Shown: positions 17,998 through 29,000, counted from the stretch's first letter. The stretch: DNA of 32,000 nucleotides from Methanothermus fervidus DSM 2088 (GCA_000166095.1 CP002278.1:600001-632000); one strand, 5' to 3'. The notes: a model not told the origin generated them from the sequence alone. Made by a program: numbers and translations.

Positions 17998-18557
17998 TAG
18001 TTGGTGTAGACCTTGCTGGAAAAGACAAAAATGCGAGTGGAATTGCAATTTTAAACAAAAATAACATATATACAACTGAAAAATATTATGATAATGAAAT
18101 CATTGAAATATGTAAAAAAGCTCGAATAGTAGTTTTTGATGCACCGCTTTCACTTCCAAAAGGCAGATGTTGTCTTGAAATAAATTGTGAATGTAGTAAA
18201 TTTGGACATTTCAGGAAATCAGACATTGAAATTAGAAAGTATGGTAAAGTTCTTCCTCTTACTTTTAGAGGCATGAAAAAACTTGTGTTTAGAGCTATAA
18301 AACTAAAAAACATTATAGAGTCCTTAAATAAAAATACTTGTGTTATAGAGACTCATCCAAATACTGCAAAGAAAATGATAGATGTTTCTATTTTAAAGAG
18401 ATTTAAAACAAATAAAAAAATTAGTAAAATGACTATTCATGAGTTTGATGCAATGATAGCTGCTATAGTCGGGTATTTTTATAAAAAGAAAAAGTATATT
18501 GCTTTAGGAGATAAAAATGAAGGAACGATCATACTTCCAAAACTTACATCTCCATAA
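17994..18557 (+). CDS. DUF429/COG2410-like protein (predicted RNase H-fold nuclease)
   Basis: N-terminal [20 protein letters not shown] and C-terminal [14 protein letters not shown] resemble this archaeal family. Its ATG overlaps the ilvE stop. Recognition is by eye only. Confidence 0.45.
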   Translation: MIVGVDLAGKDKNASGIAILNKNNIYTTEKYYDNEIIEICKKARIVVFDAPLSLPKGRCCLEINCECSKFGHFRKSDIEIRKYGKVLPLTFRGMKKLVFRAIKLKNIIESLNKNTCVIETHPNTAKKMIDVSILKRFKTNKKISKMTIHEFDAMIAAIVGYFYKKKKYIALGDKNEGTIILPKLTSP

Positions 18558-18580
18558 TTATTTTTCAGTTAATAGCAAGT

Positions 18581-18588
18581 TTTATATA
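18581..18588 (+). promoter_or_regulatory. Candidate TATA box TTTATATA upstream of the ferredoxin gene, flanked by AGTTAAT direct repeats
   Basis: AGTTAAT occurs at 18568-18574 and 18591-18597 on either side of the TATA-like element. A strong AGGAGGTGGAG RBS precedes ATG 18663. Confidence 0.35.
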
Positions 18589-18662
18589 GTAGTTAATGAG
18601 TATTAATAATTGGTATTTTTATCTTCCTATGCTTTAAAAAATTTTCAAAAGGAGGTGGAGTC

Positions 18663-18857
18663 ATGAGTAAAATAACAATTGACTATGATAAATGTGATGG
18701 GCCAGATTGTGCAGAGTGTGTAGATGTTTGTCCAATGGAAATTCTAGTTATAGAAGGAGACAAAGTTGTTGCTAAAAATACTGAAGAATGCAATGAATGT
18801 ATGGTTTGTATGGATGTATGTCCAAATGAGGCCATCACAGTAGAACCAGAAGAATAA
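18663..18857 (+). CDS. Small 2x[4Fe-4S] ferredoxin
   Basis: 64 aa with cluster motifs CDGPDCAECVDVCP and CNECMVCMDVCP. Confidence 0.85.
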   Translation: MSKITIDYDKCDGPDCAECVDVCPMEILVIEGDKVVAKNTEECNECMVCMDVCPNEAITVEPEE

Positions 18858-18890
18858 ATAAGGAAAGCCCCTTTAAAGTTTTTTAGATGA

Positions 18891-19997
18891 TTACCTCTCT
18901 AATTCTCCCTTTATAAATTTATCAACCATTTCTGCAGCCTTTTCATCATCTATTTGTTTTGGAGGATGTTTCATAGTATAAGCAGAAATTGATATGAGTG
19001 GTCCTCCTATTTTCCTATCTAATGCCAATTTACAACATCTTATTGCATCAATAGCACTCCCTGCTGAATTTGGAGAATCTTCAACACTTAAACGTAATTC
19101 TAGATCTATAGGAACATCTCCAAATATTTTACCTTCCATCCTTAAAAAACAAATTTTATTGTCTTTTAACCAAGGAACATAATCACTAGGACCAATATGA
19201 ATGTTTTCAGGCTCCAATCTGTTTTTACCAAGTATTGATTGTACTGCCTCTGTTTTTGATTTTTTCTTAGAATCCAATCTTTTATGGTTTAACATGTTTA
19301 GAAAATCTGTATTTCCTCCTATGTTCAACTGATAAGTTCTTTCTAACTTCACACCTCTTTTTTTAAATAAATTTGCAAGTGCTCTATGTGTTATAGTAGC
19401 ACCTATTTGAGACTTTATATCATCGCCAACAACAGGCAGGTTATTTTTTTCAAATTTTGCAGCCCATTTTGGATCACTGGCTATAAACACAGGTATATTA
19501 TTTATAAAACCTACTCCTGCCTCTATTGCACATTGTGCATAATATCTACTAGCCTCTTCAGAACCTACTGGTAAATAATTTAACAATATTTCAGCTCCAG
19601 AATCTTCCAAAACTTCAGTCACATTCACAGGTTTTTCATCTGCCACAACAAAAGTAAATTTTTCATCATAATTGTACATATGTTTTGCAACACCATCCAT
19701 CACAGGCCCCATGCAAACTTCAACACCTAATTTTGGAATATCATCATAAAATATTTTTGTACAATTTGGTGGTGAAAAAATAGCTTCGCTAACATCTTTT
19801 CCTACTTTTCTTTTATCTATATCAAATGCTGCCACAATCTCTATATCTCCTGGTTTATATCCACCTATATCCCAATGCATCAATCCTACACAATCTTCTT
19901 CTCCCTTATTTCTATAATAATAAATGCCTTGGATTAAAGCACTCGCACAATTACCTAAGCCAGCTATGGCAACCTTTATTTTACTCACATGAAACAC
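18891..19997 (-). CDS. myo-Inositol-1-phosphate (inositol-3-phosphate) synthase
   Basis: Motifs KVAIAGLGNCASALIQGI (NAD-binding N-terminus), DDIKSQIGATITHR and NIGGNTDFLNML...SKKKSKTEAV. The track start is GTG 19997; GTG 19988 after AGGTG is equally plausible. Confidence 0.8.
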   Translation of the reverse strand: MFHVSKIKVAIAGLGNCASALIQGIYYYRNKGEEDCVGLMHWDIGGYKPGDIEIVAAFDIDKRKVGKDVSEAIFSPPNCTKIFYDDIPKLGVEVCMGPVMDGVAKHMYNYDEKFTFVVADEKPVNVTEVLEDSGAEILLNYLPVGSEEASRYYAQCAIEAGVGFINNIPVFIASDPKWAAKFEKNNLPVVGDDIKSQIGATITHRALANLFKKRGVKLERTYQLNIGGNTDFLNMLNHKRLDSKKKSKTEAVQSILGKNRLEPENIHIGPSDYVPWLKDNKICFLRMEGKIFGDVPIDLELRLSVEDSPNSAGSAIDAIRCCKLALDRKIGGPLISISAYTMKHPPKQIDDEKAAEMVDKFIKGELER

Positions 19998-20000
19998 CTG

Positions 20001-20798
20001 CTATATGTTTATTGTTAAACCTGTTTGTAGTTTCATTACATTACCTATTTTTGATTTTAAAACATTATATGCATTTTCACCAGTGCAATGCCCTGTGTAG
20101 ATCATCTGTATTGGGTATTCTGAAAGTTTATCAGCAATAAACTTTATTTTTTCTGTACTTAAATTTATCATGTGAAAGCCTCCTATGAGAAGTTTTATAG
20201 TTTTATTCCCAAAATGTCTATAGGCAGTATCTACAATATTTAAGATCCCGTTGTGTGAACATCCAGTTATAATTGATATCCAATTTTTTTCTTCTATGAC
20301 TAAAAATAATTCATGGGAAAAATCGTCAAGTATCAAGTTTTTATTTGATTTTTTATATAAAGGTTCTTTATACTGGGGAAACTTTTTATTTATTTCAGTT
20401 ATTACATGAATATTTCCAAAACTTTTGTTTTTACTGAGGAATTTTATTCTTTTTTCTTTTTCAATGTTTAGACCAATTTCTCGCCAGCTCCCATCATCTT
20501 TTGCATAATATTTATTTACAGCCTCTTTTTTTAAATAAACATTGGCTTTTTGATTTTCCTTTAGAAAATATGGAAGTCCCCCACCATGATCATAATGTCC
20601 ATGGGAAATAAATGCAATATCTACATCCCTAATATCTATACCCAATTTTCTAGCATTTACAAGAAACAAGTCTGTTGCACCCATGTCAAAAAGTATATTT
20701 TTGTTTGAATAAATGTGTAAAGATAAACCATGTTCGGCTTTAAAATTAACATCTATACTACTATCTTCCACCAGACATGTTATTTGCATATTTTTCAC
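20001..20798 (-). CDS. MBL-fold metallo-hydrolase, COG1237 family (family includes the MJ0301-type methanopterin-pathway enzyme)
   Basis: AEHGLSLHI...ILFDMGA...FISHGHYDHGGGLPYF is the COG1237 pattern. The stop is 3 nt from the downstream MIPS start. The specific activity is not inferable. Confidence 0.7.
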   Translation of the reverse strand: MKNMQITCLVEDSSIDVNFKAEHGLSLHIYSNKNILFDMGATDLFLVNARKLGIDIRDVDIAFISHGHYDHGGGLPYFLKENQKANVYLKKEAVNKYYAKDDGSWREIGLNIEKEKRIKFLSKNKSFGNIHVITEINKKFPQYKEPLYKKSNKNLILDDFSHELFLVIEEKNWISIITGCSHNGILNIVDTAYRHFGNKTIKLLIGGFHMINLSTEKIKFIADKLSEYPIQMIYTGHCTGENAYNVLKSKIGNVMKLQTGLTINI

Positions 20799-20818
20799 CT
20801 TTAAGGAGGGGTTAATTT

Positions 20819-21640
20819 ATGAATGTGTACATTGAAATATTAAGACCTATTAACGCTCTTATGGCCACAATAGCAGTAATTATAGTCGCCATAATATCAA
20901 AAAATTTTGGATTTAATGTAATTTTAGGATCTTTAATAGTTTTTTTAGTTACGGGTGCTGGAAACGTTATTAACGATTATTTTGATCGTGAAATAGACAT
21001 GATAAATAAACCAAATAGACCAATTCCTTCTGGAAGAATAAAAGCTAAAATAGCTTTAATATATTCTCTTGCATTATTTTTAATTGCTGTATTTCTTTCA
21101 TTCTTATTAAGACCTATAATCACCTTCATTGTTATTGTAGCAGAAGCTTTATTAATACTTTATGCTTATAAATTAAAAAGAAAATGCTTAATAGGTAATG
21201 TTGTTGTTTCATTTTTAACATCTTTAACATTTATTTTTGCTGGCATAATTGTTAATTTATTTTTAACCTCATTTTATATAGCAATTTTTGCATTTTTAAT
21301 GACAATGGCTAGAGAAATTGTAAAAGATATAGAAGATATAGAGGGTGATAAAGTAATGGGAGCCAAAACTATGCCAATAGTTTATGGAACTGAAATTTCA
21401 GGAAAGACTGCAGCAATATTGATTATTTTGACGGCTTTACTTAGCCCTGTTCTTTATTTATTAAAAATATTTGGTAATCTATATATCCTATTTTTATCTT
21501 TTGCAATAATTTTATTCCTAAAATCCGCATTTGATATTTTTAAAAAACAAGATAAAAAAACTGCTAGGCAAACATCTAAATATCTTAAAATTGGAATGAT
21601 AATAACATTTCTTGCATTTATAGCCGGTAGTATTGCATAA
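20819..21640 (+). CDS. Digeranylgeranylglyceryl phosphate synthase (UbiA prenyltransferase family)
   Basis: Motifs EILRPINALMA, GAGNVINDYFDREIDMINKPNRPIPSGRI and a second Asp-rich region KDIEDIEGD. It has about 8 TM. Confidence 0.85.
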   Translation: MNVYIEILRPINALMATIAVIIVAIISKNFGFNVILGSLIVFLVTGAGNVINDYFDREIDMINKPNRPIPSGRIKAKIALIYSLALFLIAVFLSFLLRPIITFIVIVAEALLILYAYKLKRKCLIGNVVVSFLTSLTFIFAGIIVNLFLTSFYIAIFAFLMTMAREIVKDIEDIEGDKVMGAKTMPIVYGTEISGKTAAILIILTALLSPVLYLLKIFGNLYILFLSFAIILFLKSAFDIFKKQDKKTARQTSKYLKIGMIITFLAFIAGSIA

Positions 21641-22933
21641 TTAAGCAGTTATATGAATATCTTTTACATAAAACTTAGGTATTATAAATGGTCCAATTTG
21701 TCTAATTTTGGATTTTATGGCATTTAATTTTTTTAACATTGAAAAAACATTTCCAAATATCATTATATCTTTTATTGGATATTTTATTTCACCATTTTCA
21801 ATTAAAAACGCATTATTAGCTTTGACAGAAAAATCTCCTGATATTGGATTTGCAGTATGAGCTCCTAATACATCATATACCAATATTGCTCTTTTGATCT
21901 CTGACATTTTTATTTTTTCTTCAAAATCAAAAATTAAATTTGTAGGTGAAACTTTAGGTGTTTCTGAAAATGAAGATCTTAATCCGTTCCCAGTACTTTT
22001 TTTGTTTTCTTTTTTTGCAGTGTAAAGATCATACATAAATCCTTTTAAGATTCCTTTTTTAATCAATGTTGTATTTTGGGATGGGACACCCTCATCATCA
22101 AAAGATGATGAATTAATACCTTTATCAACGATGCCATTATCATATACAGTAAGATTTGACGTTGCAACTTTTTGATTAATTTTATTTGCAAATATAGATC
22201 TTCCTCTTTGCACATTATCTGAATTTAAAGCATTTACTAATGGATCTAAAAGAGAAGATGCAGCATGATAATCGAAAACAACGTCTATATTACAAGTTTC
22301 AAAACTTTTAGGTTTTAAAGACTCAATTGCAATGTTACAAGCTCTTTCAGCAATTTTTGGATCTAAATCCATCATCCTTGATGAATCAGACTCATGTGCA
22401 CTACTTTTATTTTCATTTCCAGTATTAACAGATAGATATGCTGAAAAGGTCGTGGATTTTTCATAACATTCAACATCATTTGAATTCACGATCGTCACTT
22501 CATTAAGAGATGCTGAAAATCCTCCTGTCACCAAATTACAATTTTTTTCTTTACATATTTCTATCATTTCTTTTACAAACTCATATTTAATTTCATCTTC
22601 AAAAAATTTTGGATCATATATGTTTTCAGGCTTTTTATATTTAGATGGTTTTGCAAAATTAAAATTTTTATCTTTTACATTGGAGTTAGCATTTTTCACA
22701 CAATTTTCTATCATTTTATCTATCTTTTTAATATCTGAGGTATATGAAAATCCTAATTTGTTATTTTTGATTATTCTTAATCCAATGCCAAAGCTAGAAC
22801 CTTCCCAAGATAAATCAATCTTGTTGTCTCTAATTTGTATTTCCTGGCTTTTTCCTTTTTCTAAAAAAACTTCTGCATCATCTGCATAAATCATGGCCTT
22901 TTTTAAAATTTCATCTGCTAATTCTATCATCAT
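21641..22933 (-). CDS. TldD/PmbA family metalloprotease-like protein
   Basis: 430 aa. The N-terminal ADDAEVFLEKGKSQEIQIRDNKI...GIGLRII and C-terminal GDFSV...AFLIENGEI pattern are typical of the family. No paired second TldD/PmbA gene is in the window. Confidence 0.75.
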   Translation of the reverse strand: MMIELADEILKKAMIYADDAEVFLEKGKSQEIQIRDNKIDLSWEGSSFGIGLRIIKNNKLGFSYTSDIKKIDKMIENCVKNANSNVKDKNFNFAKPSKYKKPENIYDPKFFEDEIKYEFVKEMIEICKEKNCNLVTGGFSASLNEVTIVNSNDVECYEKSTTFSAYLSVNTGNENKSSAHESDSSRMMDLDPKIAERACNIAIESLKPKSFETCNIDVVFDYHAASSLLDPLVNALNSDNVQRGRSIFANKINQKVATSNLTVYDNGIVDKGINSSSFDDEGVPSQNTTLIKKGILKGFMYDLYTAKKENKKSTGNGLRSSFSETPKVSPTNLIFDFEEKIKMSEIKRAILVYDVLGAHTANPISGDFSVKANNAFLIENGEIKYPIKDIMIFGNVFSMLKKLNAIKSKIRQIGPFIIPKFYVKDIHITA

Positions 22934-23006
22934 GACACCCTATAATTTTTAATAACAATAAAACTATAATAAAATATAAAATCTTCTAAATTTTTGGAGG
23001 AATGTT

Positions 23007-24140
23007 ATGAAATATTGCGCTGAACAAAGACTTGCTAAAAAAAGCCTAAATATTAATCCAATACAAAGAGGAGGAATATTAACACCAGAAGCTAAAGTTG
23101 CATTACATGAGTTTGAGGATGGGTATAGTGTATGTGACTATTGTGAAGGAAGATTAGATAAGATAAATAAACCACCTATCCATGAGTTTCTAGAAGAATT
23201 TTCAAAGTTTATTAATGTTGATATTGTTAGGCCCACTCATGGCGCTAGAGAAGGTAAATTCATAGTTATACATTCTCTTTGTGAAGAAGGGGATAAAATA
23301 GTTGTAGATGGAAATGCTCACTATACAACATATGTGGCTGCCGAAAGAAATAAAACAGATACTATTGTTGTTCCACATAGTGGATATCCTAATTATGAAA
23401 TAAAGGTTGAGAAATGGAAAGAAACATTAGACAACGTACTAGACAAATATGACAATGTTAAACTTGCAATTTTAACACATGTGGATGGAAATTATGGAAA
23501 CCTTACAGATGCTAAAAAAATTGGAAAGATTTGTAGGAGGAAAGGAATACCTCTTTTACTTAATTGCGCATATACGATGGGAAGAATGCCAATAAATGCA
23601 AAAAAATTAAAAGCAGATTTTGTTGTGGGAAGTGGTCATAAAAGTATGGCAGCCTCAGGACCCATTGGAATACTTGGATTGAGTGAAGAATGGGAAGATG
23701 AAATACTTCGCAAATCAAAAAAATATCCAAATAAAGAAATTGAACTTCTTGGTTGTACAAGCCGCGGTGCGCCTATAGTAACTTTAATGGCATCATTTCC
23801 ACATGTAAAAGAAAGAGTGAAAAACTGGGACCAAGAAGTTAAAAAAACACGTTATTTTGTTAAAGAAATGGAAAAAATAGAAGGAATAAAACAACTTGGT
23901 ATAAAACCAAAGATGCATGATTTAGTAAATTTTGAGACACCTATATTTGAAAAAATAAGTAAAAAACATCCAAAAAAAGGTTATTTCCTCTATCACGAAT
24001 TAAAAAAGAGAAATATTACTGGTGTAAAGCCAGGATATACAAAAACACTTAAATGTAGTGTATATAGGATGGATAAAGAACAAATAGATTATATAATTAA
24101 TTCATTTAGAGAAATAGTTGACGCCGGGATTGGGATTTGA
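23007..24140 (+). CDS. pscS: O-phosphoseryl-tRNA(Cys):Cys-tRNA synthase (SepCysS)
   Basis: It is near-collinear with my recollection of methanogen SepCysS. Motifs are [37 protein letters not shown]-like [12 protein letters not shown]-Lys [14 protein letters not shown] and [25 protein letters not shown]. Confidence 0.9.
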   Translation: MKYCAEQRLAKKSLNINPIQRGGILTPEAKVALHEFEDGYSVCDYCEGRLDKINKPPIHEFLEEFSKFINVDIVRPTHGAREGKFIVIHSLCEEGDKIVVDGNAHYTTYVAAERNKTDTIVVPHSGYPNYEIKVEKWKETLDNVLDKYDNVKLAILTHVDGNYGNLTDAKKIGKICRRKGIPLLLNCAYTMGRMPINAKKLKADFVVGSGHKSMAASGPIGILGLSEEWEDEILRKSKKYPNKEIELLGCTSRGAPIVTLMASFPHVKERVKNWDQEVKKTRYFVKEMEKIEGIKQLGIKPKMHDLVNFETPIFEKISKKHPKKGYFLYHELKKRNITGVKPGYTKTLKCSVYRMDKEQIDYIINSFREIVDAGIGI

Positions 24141-24206
24141 ACCCAAGATGAGCATTGCTCAACAGGATTTCGAATCCTGCGCCTTACCTGGCTAGGCTAT
24201 CCCGAC
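24122..24206 (-). tRNA. tRNA-Ser (anticodon CGA), class II with 16-nt variable arm, no encoded CCA
   Basis: The reverse complement folds as GTCGGGA-TA-GCCT-AGCCAGGTA-AGGC-G-CAGGA-TTCGAAA-TCCTG-TTGAGCAATGCTCATC-TTGGG-TTCAAAT-CCCAA-TCCCGGC-G. All stems pair (one U2-G71 wobble). Confidence 0.9.
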
Positions 24207-24207
24207 A

Positions 24208-24293
<86 letters not shown>

Positions 24294-24320
24294 ATCTATT
24301 AATTATCTACTAAATTTCTA

Positions 24321-24328
24321 ATATTTAA
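24321..24328 (-). promoter_or_regulatory. Candidate TATA box (TTAAATAT on minus strand) for the tRNA-Ser pair
   Basis: It is centred ~31 nt upstream of the mature 5' end of tRNA-Ser(UGA) at 24293, within the 47-nt gap after rps10. Confidence 0.4.
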
Positions 24329-24340
24329 GTATTAACCTTC

Positions 24341-24649
24341 TTAACCTTTTAATTCTATCTCTATATTTACGTTATCAGGCACGCTGACTTTCATTATTTG
24401 ACGCATAGTTCTTTCATCTGCTTCAACAGTTATAAGTCTTTTATGTATTCTCATTTCCCACTTTTCCCAAGTAGCACTGCCTTCACCATCTGGTGATTTT
24501 CTTGTAGGCACTACTAATCTTTTTGTAGGTAATGGTATCGGCCCTGACATTTCAGCTCCAGTTCTCTCTGCTATTTTTTTGACTTGTTCACATACATATT
24601 CTAATTTTTTTGGGTCTGTCCCTGTTAATTTAATTCTTGCCTCTTGCAT
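24341..24649 (-). CDS. rps10: 30S ribosomal protein S10 (uS10)
   Basis: [17 protein letters not shown]...[38 protein letters not shown] prefer the ATG at 24649 (GGAGGA RBS upstream) over the track start 24664. Confidence 0.9.
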   Translation of the reverse strand: MQEARIKLTGTDPKKLEYVCEQVKKIAERTGAEMSGPIPLPTKRLVVPTRKSPDGEGSATWEKWEMRIHKRLITVEADERTMRQIMKVSVPDNVNIEIELKG

Positions 24650-24688
24650 AAAAAAATCCTCCAAAAAAATTAATTAAGGGAAAGGGGA

Positions 24689-25927
24689 TTATCTTGGAAC
24701 TACGTCTATACACATTCCTGCTGCAACAGTTTGACCCATGTCTCTAATTGCAAACCTACCTAACTGAGGAATATCTTTAATCTTCTCAATTACCAGTGGT
24801 TTGGTTGGTTTAACTTTTACTACTGCAGCATCGCCAGTCTTTAAAAAGTCAGGATTTTCCTCTTGTACTTCACCTGTTGCTGGATTTATCTTTTGTTTTA
24901 ATTCTGTTAAGGTACAGGCTACTTGTGCTGTGTGACAATGGAAAACTGGTGTGTATCCTACAGTTATTGCACCCGGATGCTGTAAGACAACTATTTGGGC
25001 TGTAAATTCTTTTGCAACAGTTGGTGGTGAATCTGTGTGCCCTGCTACATCTCCTCTTCTTATATCATCTTTTCCAACGCCTCTGACATTGAAACCTATG
25101 TTGTCTCCGGGTTCTGCTTTTTCCATTGCTTCATGATGCATTTCAATAGATTTTACTTCTCCACTAACACCTGGTGGTTCAAAAACAACTGTGTCACCAA
25201 CTTTTAAAACACCTGTTTCTACTCTTCCAACAGGGACTGTTCCAACACCAGTAATTGAATAAACGTCTTGTACAGGTATTCGTAATGGTAAATCAATTGG
25301 CTTCTCTGGTGGCTTTAATGTATCTAATGATTCTAGAAATGTTGGTCCATCGTACCATCCCATATTTTCGCTTTTTTCAGTTATATTGTCTCCTTTAAAT
25401 GCTGAAAGAGGTACAAATGGTATTTCATCTGGTTTGTAACCTACAATTTTAAGTAGGTCACTTACTTCTTTCTTCAATTCTTTAAATCTACCCTCATCGT
25501 AATCCACTAAATCCATTTTATTAATTGCAACTATTAATTGGTTTATACCTAAAGTCCTAGCTAAAAATACATGTTCTTTTGTTTGTGGCATCACTCCATC
25601 ATCTGCAGCTACTACTAACACTGCTGCATCTGCTTGGGATGCACCTGTAATCATGTTTTTTACAAAGTCCCTGTGTCCAGGACAGTCAACTATTGTAAAT
25701 TCATATTTATCTGTTTCAAATTTTGCGTGTGCTAAATCAATTGTTACTCCTCTTTCTCTTTCTTCTCTTAATTTGTCCATTACATATCTAAATTTATCTT
25801 CTCCTTCACCTAACTTTTGTTCTGAAATCACTCCAGTTTTAAGTAAAAGGTGGCCAACCAATGTAGATTTTCCATGATCTACATGTCCAATGAAAGCCAA
25901 ATTAATGTGTTCCTTTTCTTTAGCCAC
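24689..25927 (-). CDS. tuf: Translation elongation factor EF-1 alpha (aEF1A)
   Basis: GTPase motifs [17 protein letters not shown] and NKMD, with the full domain II/III sequence. It has a GTG start with a GGGAGGT RBS. Confidence 0.97.
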   Translation of the reverse strand: MAKEKEHINLAFIGHVDHGKSTLVGHLLLKTGVISEQKLGEGEDKFRYVMDKLREERERGVTIDLAHAKFETDKYEFTIVDCPGHRDFVKNMITGASQADAAVLVVAADDGVMPQTKEHVFLARTLGINQLIVAINKMDLVDYDEGRFKELKKEVSDLLKIVGYKPDEIPFVPLSAFKGDNITEKSENMGWYDGPTFLESLDTLKPPEKPIDLPLRIPVQDVYSITGVGTVPVGRVETGVLKVGDTVVFEPPGVSGEVKSIEMHHEAMEKAEPGDNIGFNVRGVGKDDIRRGDVAGHTDSPPTVAKEFTAQIVVLQHPGAITVGYTPVFHCHTAQVACTLTELKQKINPATGEVQEENPDFLKTGDAAVVKVKPTKPLVIEKIKDIPQLGRFAIRDMGQTVAAGMCIDVVPR

Positions 25928-25978
25928 AGTCTAACCTCCCTTAAACTTTGTTTTGTTTTTCTTGTTAATTCATGAAGT

Positions 25979-25986
25979 TTATATAT
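25979..25986 (-). promoter_or_regulatory. Candidate internal TATA box (ATATATAA on minus strand) between fusA and tuf
   Basis: It lies ~52 nt upstream of the tuf GTG, within the 77-nt intergenic gap. Confidence 0.3.
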
Positions 25987-25998
25987 CTTTTGGTTTAT

Positions 25999-26004
25999 AA
26001 AAAA
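25999..26004 (-). terminator. Oligo-T tract (T6 on minus strand) directly after the EF-2 stop codon
   Basis: The minus strand reads TAA-TTTTTT-ATAAACC. This is a possible partial terminator/attenuation point within the str cluster. Confidence 0.25.
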
Positions 26005-29000
26005 TTATTGTAGGTAATGATCAGCATCAAATGGTTCTGGAGATAAACCTTTCCTAGTCCTTATTTCTTTAATGACTTTTTCTTGCAGTTCATCTGGTAA
26101 TTTTTTAAATCCAGCATTTTCTGTTGACCATAGACATCGACCCTCTGTAGCTGACCTTATAGCTCCCGCAAATCCAAACATTTCAGCTACCGGCACTATA
26201 GCTTCTATTAACATTATGTCTCCTTCTTGGTTCATGTTAACTATTTGACCTCTCCTATTTTGAAGTTCGCGTGTTGCATTTCCCATATAATCATGAGGGA
26301 CATTTATAAATACTTTTTGTATTGGTTCTAAAAGTATAGGATCTGCCATCATCATTGCAGCATAAATTGCTCTCCTCACAGCAGGCATTACTTGTGCAGG
26401 ACCTCTATGTACAGGATCTTCATGGATCTTAGCATCTACAAGTTTAACTTTGATTCCCATTATCTTTTCATTAGCTAACGGTCCTTTATCCATTGCTTCT
26501 CTAAACCCTTTTATCAGTAATTCTCTAACTTCATCTAGATACTGAATACCTCTAGTCATATTTATAAACAAATTTTTCTCATAAACATCCCAAACTCTTT
26601 TTGCTTCATCTTTATCTAGTCCTGCCTCAATGAATTTTTTAGTCATTTCTTTTCCTCTTACTTGACCTTCTTTTATTTTACCTTCCGCAATTGCATTAAA
26701 CACAGATTCTTCAAGTGGTTCTACTGTTATGTAAAATCTGTTATGTTTATTTGGGGATTTACCTTCGACAGGCCCTGCTTCACCAGTTACTGTTTCTCTA
26801 TATACAACAATTGGCTCTGAAGTTTCAATGTCCACACCTTTTTCTTTTATACGATGTGCAATAACTTCAAGGTGTAATTCACCCATACCTGAAACAAGGT
26901 GTTCACCAGTCTCTTCATTAATTTCTACACTGATTGTAGGATCCTCTTTAGCCATTTGTCTCAAAACTTCAATTAATTTTGGTAAATCTTTTGTATTTTT
27001 AGCTTCCACTGCCACAGTAACCACAGGTTCTGAAATATGTTCAAGTGATTCAAATGCTTTTATCTTCCTCTCGCTATCACAAATAGTTTCACCTGCAAGT
27101 GCATTTTTTACGCCAGTTATCGCAACAATGTTGCCTGCTGGTACTTCCTCAGTATTTAACCTTTCTGGTCCCATGTATACTCCAACTTGCTGTACTCTTG
27201 ACTTACTTTGTGATGAAACAAGATATACTTCTTTTCCTTTCTTTATAGTACCACTATATATCCTACCTGTTGCTATCTCACCAGCATGTTTGTCTATTCG
27301 TACATCAGTGACCATAATTGCTAATGGACCTTCTGGATCTGTGTTAAGCATTGCTTGTCCTTCTTCACTTTCAATATCACCAGACCATATTTTTGGTACT
27401 CTGTATTTTTGAGCCTCTTTAGGACTTGGAAGATGTTTGACAACCATCTCTAAAACTACTTTATGTAAAGGAACTTTTTTAGCTAATTCATCTTGTTTTC
27501 CTTCTTTACAATATCTTATGATGTCATTGAAGTTTATCCCTGTCTTTTTCATCATTGGTACATTTATTGCCCATTTGTAGTATGCAGAACCAAATGCGAC
27601 GCTACCATCTTCTACACGAACTTGCCATTTATTTTTAAATTCTTTAGGAGCCATATTACGAATTAATTTATTTACATCAGTTATAATCTTAACAAATCTT
27701 TGTTGTAATTCCTCAGGGCTTAATTTAAGTTCATTGATTAATCTATCAACTTTATTTATGAATAAAATTGGTTTAACATTCTCACGAAGTGCTTGTCGTA
27801 ATACTGTCTCTGTTTGAGGCATTACACCTTCCACTGCGCAAACTACGACTATAGCACCATCTACAGCTCTCATAGCCCTTGTTACATCTCCTCCAAAATC
27901 TACATGTCCAGGAGTATCTATTAAATTGATTAAGTATTCTTCATTGTTGTACTTATGGACCATAGAGATGTTTGCAGCATCGATAGTTATTCCTCTTGCT
28001 TGTTCTTGTTCATCAAAATCTAAGAATAATTGTTCTCCTGCTAATTCAGCAGAAATCATTCCAGCGCCTGCTAGTAAGTTGTCTGATAATGTCGTATTAT
28101 GTACAATTACACCATTTGCTACAAAATTATGATATTTCTCTACTGTTAAATCATAGACATATTTTTCGTCGTTGATTCTGTTTATTTTCTTAACTTTCAC
28201 ATAAGAAACATCGTCACAAACTAATGGTTCTAAATCTTTCACATTTTTACTTTCTAAATTGTTGAAGATGTTTCGTAATTCATGTTTTGATATGCTTGTT
28301 TTATCTTCATTAATTATTTCTGAGATTTCTCTTGAGACTGGAATGTGGTCAATTTTTGAATCTATATTTTTCTTTAATAATTTGTTAAATTCTTTCTTCT
28401 TGTTAATGTCTGAAAATCCTATCTTCTTAAATCTGGTTAAAGAACTTTTACCTGTTATACACAACGTTCCATTATTTTCATTTATGGATGCTATATCAAA
28501 CTTATAGAGTAGTAATTGCAGTCTCTTTATAAATTCATTGTCAGATGAAATATAGATTCCATTATTTTTCACTATACCTCTAGTATCTACATATCCTCTT
28601 ATAAATGAAGAGATATATTTCTTAGGAGAAGTTTCTATGAATTTCCATGTAAATAAAGTATCTACAACTTTCTTAAATATTGATATATTTTTTAATTTTG
28701 TATTACCGCCAGCTTTAACAATACCTGCTAAATAATAAAATTTTGTGAATTCTTCAGTTGAATCTGGCAATCTTAATTTTTCACCATCACTAAATAATTC
28801 TTCATGTGAAATCCATTCTATATTATCATATCTTTTATCTTTTAAAAAACTTAATTTACAGGTGTCCCCATTGACACAAGCAATGAATCCTTCATCTTTA
28901 GATAAAATCTCAATAATCTTCTTTTTCAATTCTTCATTAGTTAAATCTTCATGATAAAGTTTCCTTGCAACGACTATATAATCGCCTTTCTTGATTTTGT

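Noticed and set aside
18858-18890. CTTTAAAG palindrome plus T-run between the convergent ferredoxin and MIPS genes, as a structured terminator.
   Set aside because: The palindrome is only 8 bp in AT-rich sequence. An oligo-T signal is plausible but too weak to report as a feature.
19826-20140. 104-aa plus-strand ORF bridging the MIPS/MBL junction.
   Set aside because: It is antisense to two well-supported minus-strand genes, with no RBS and a low-complexity sequence.
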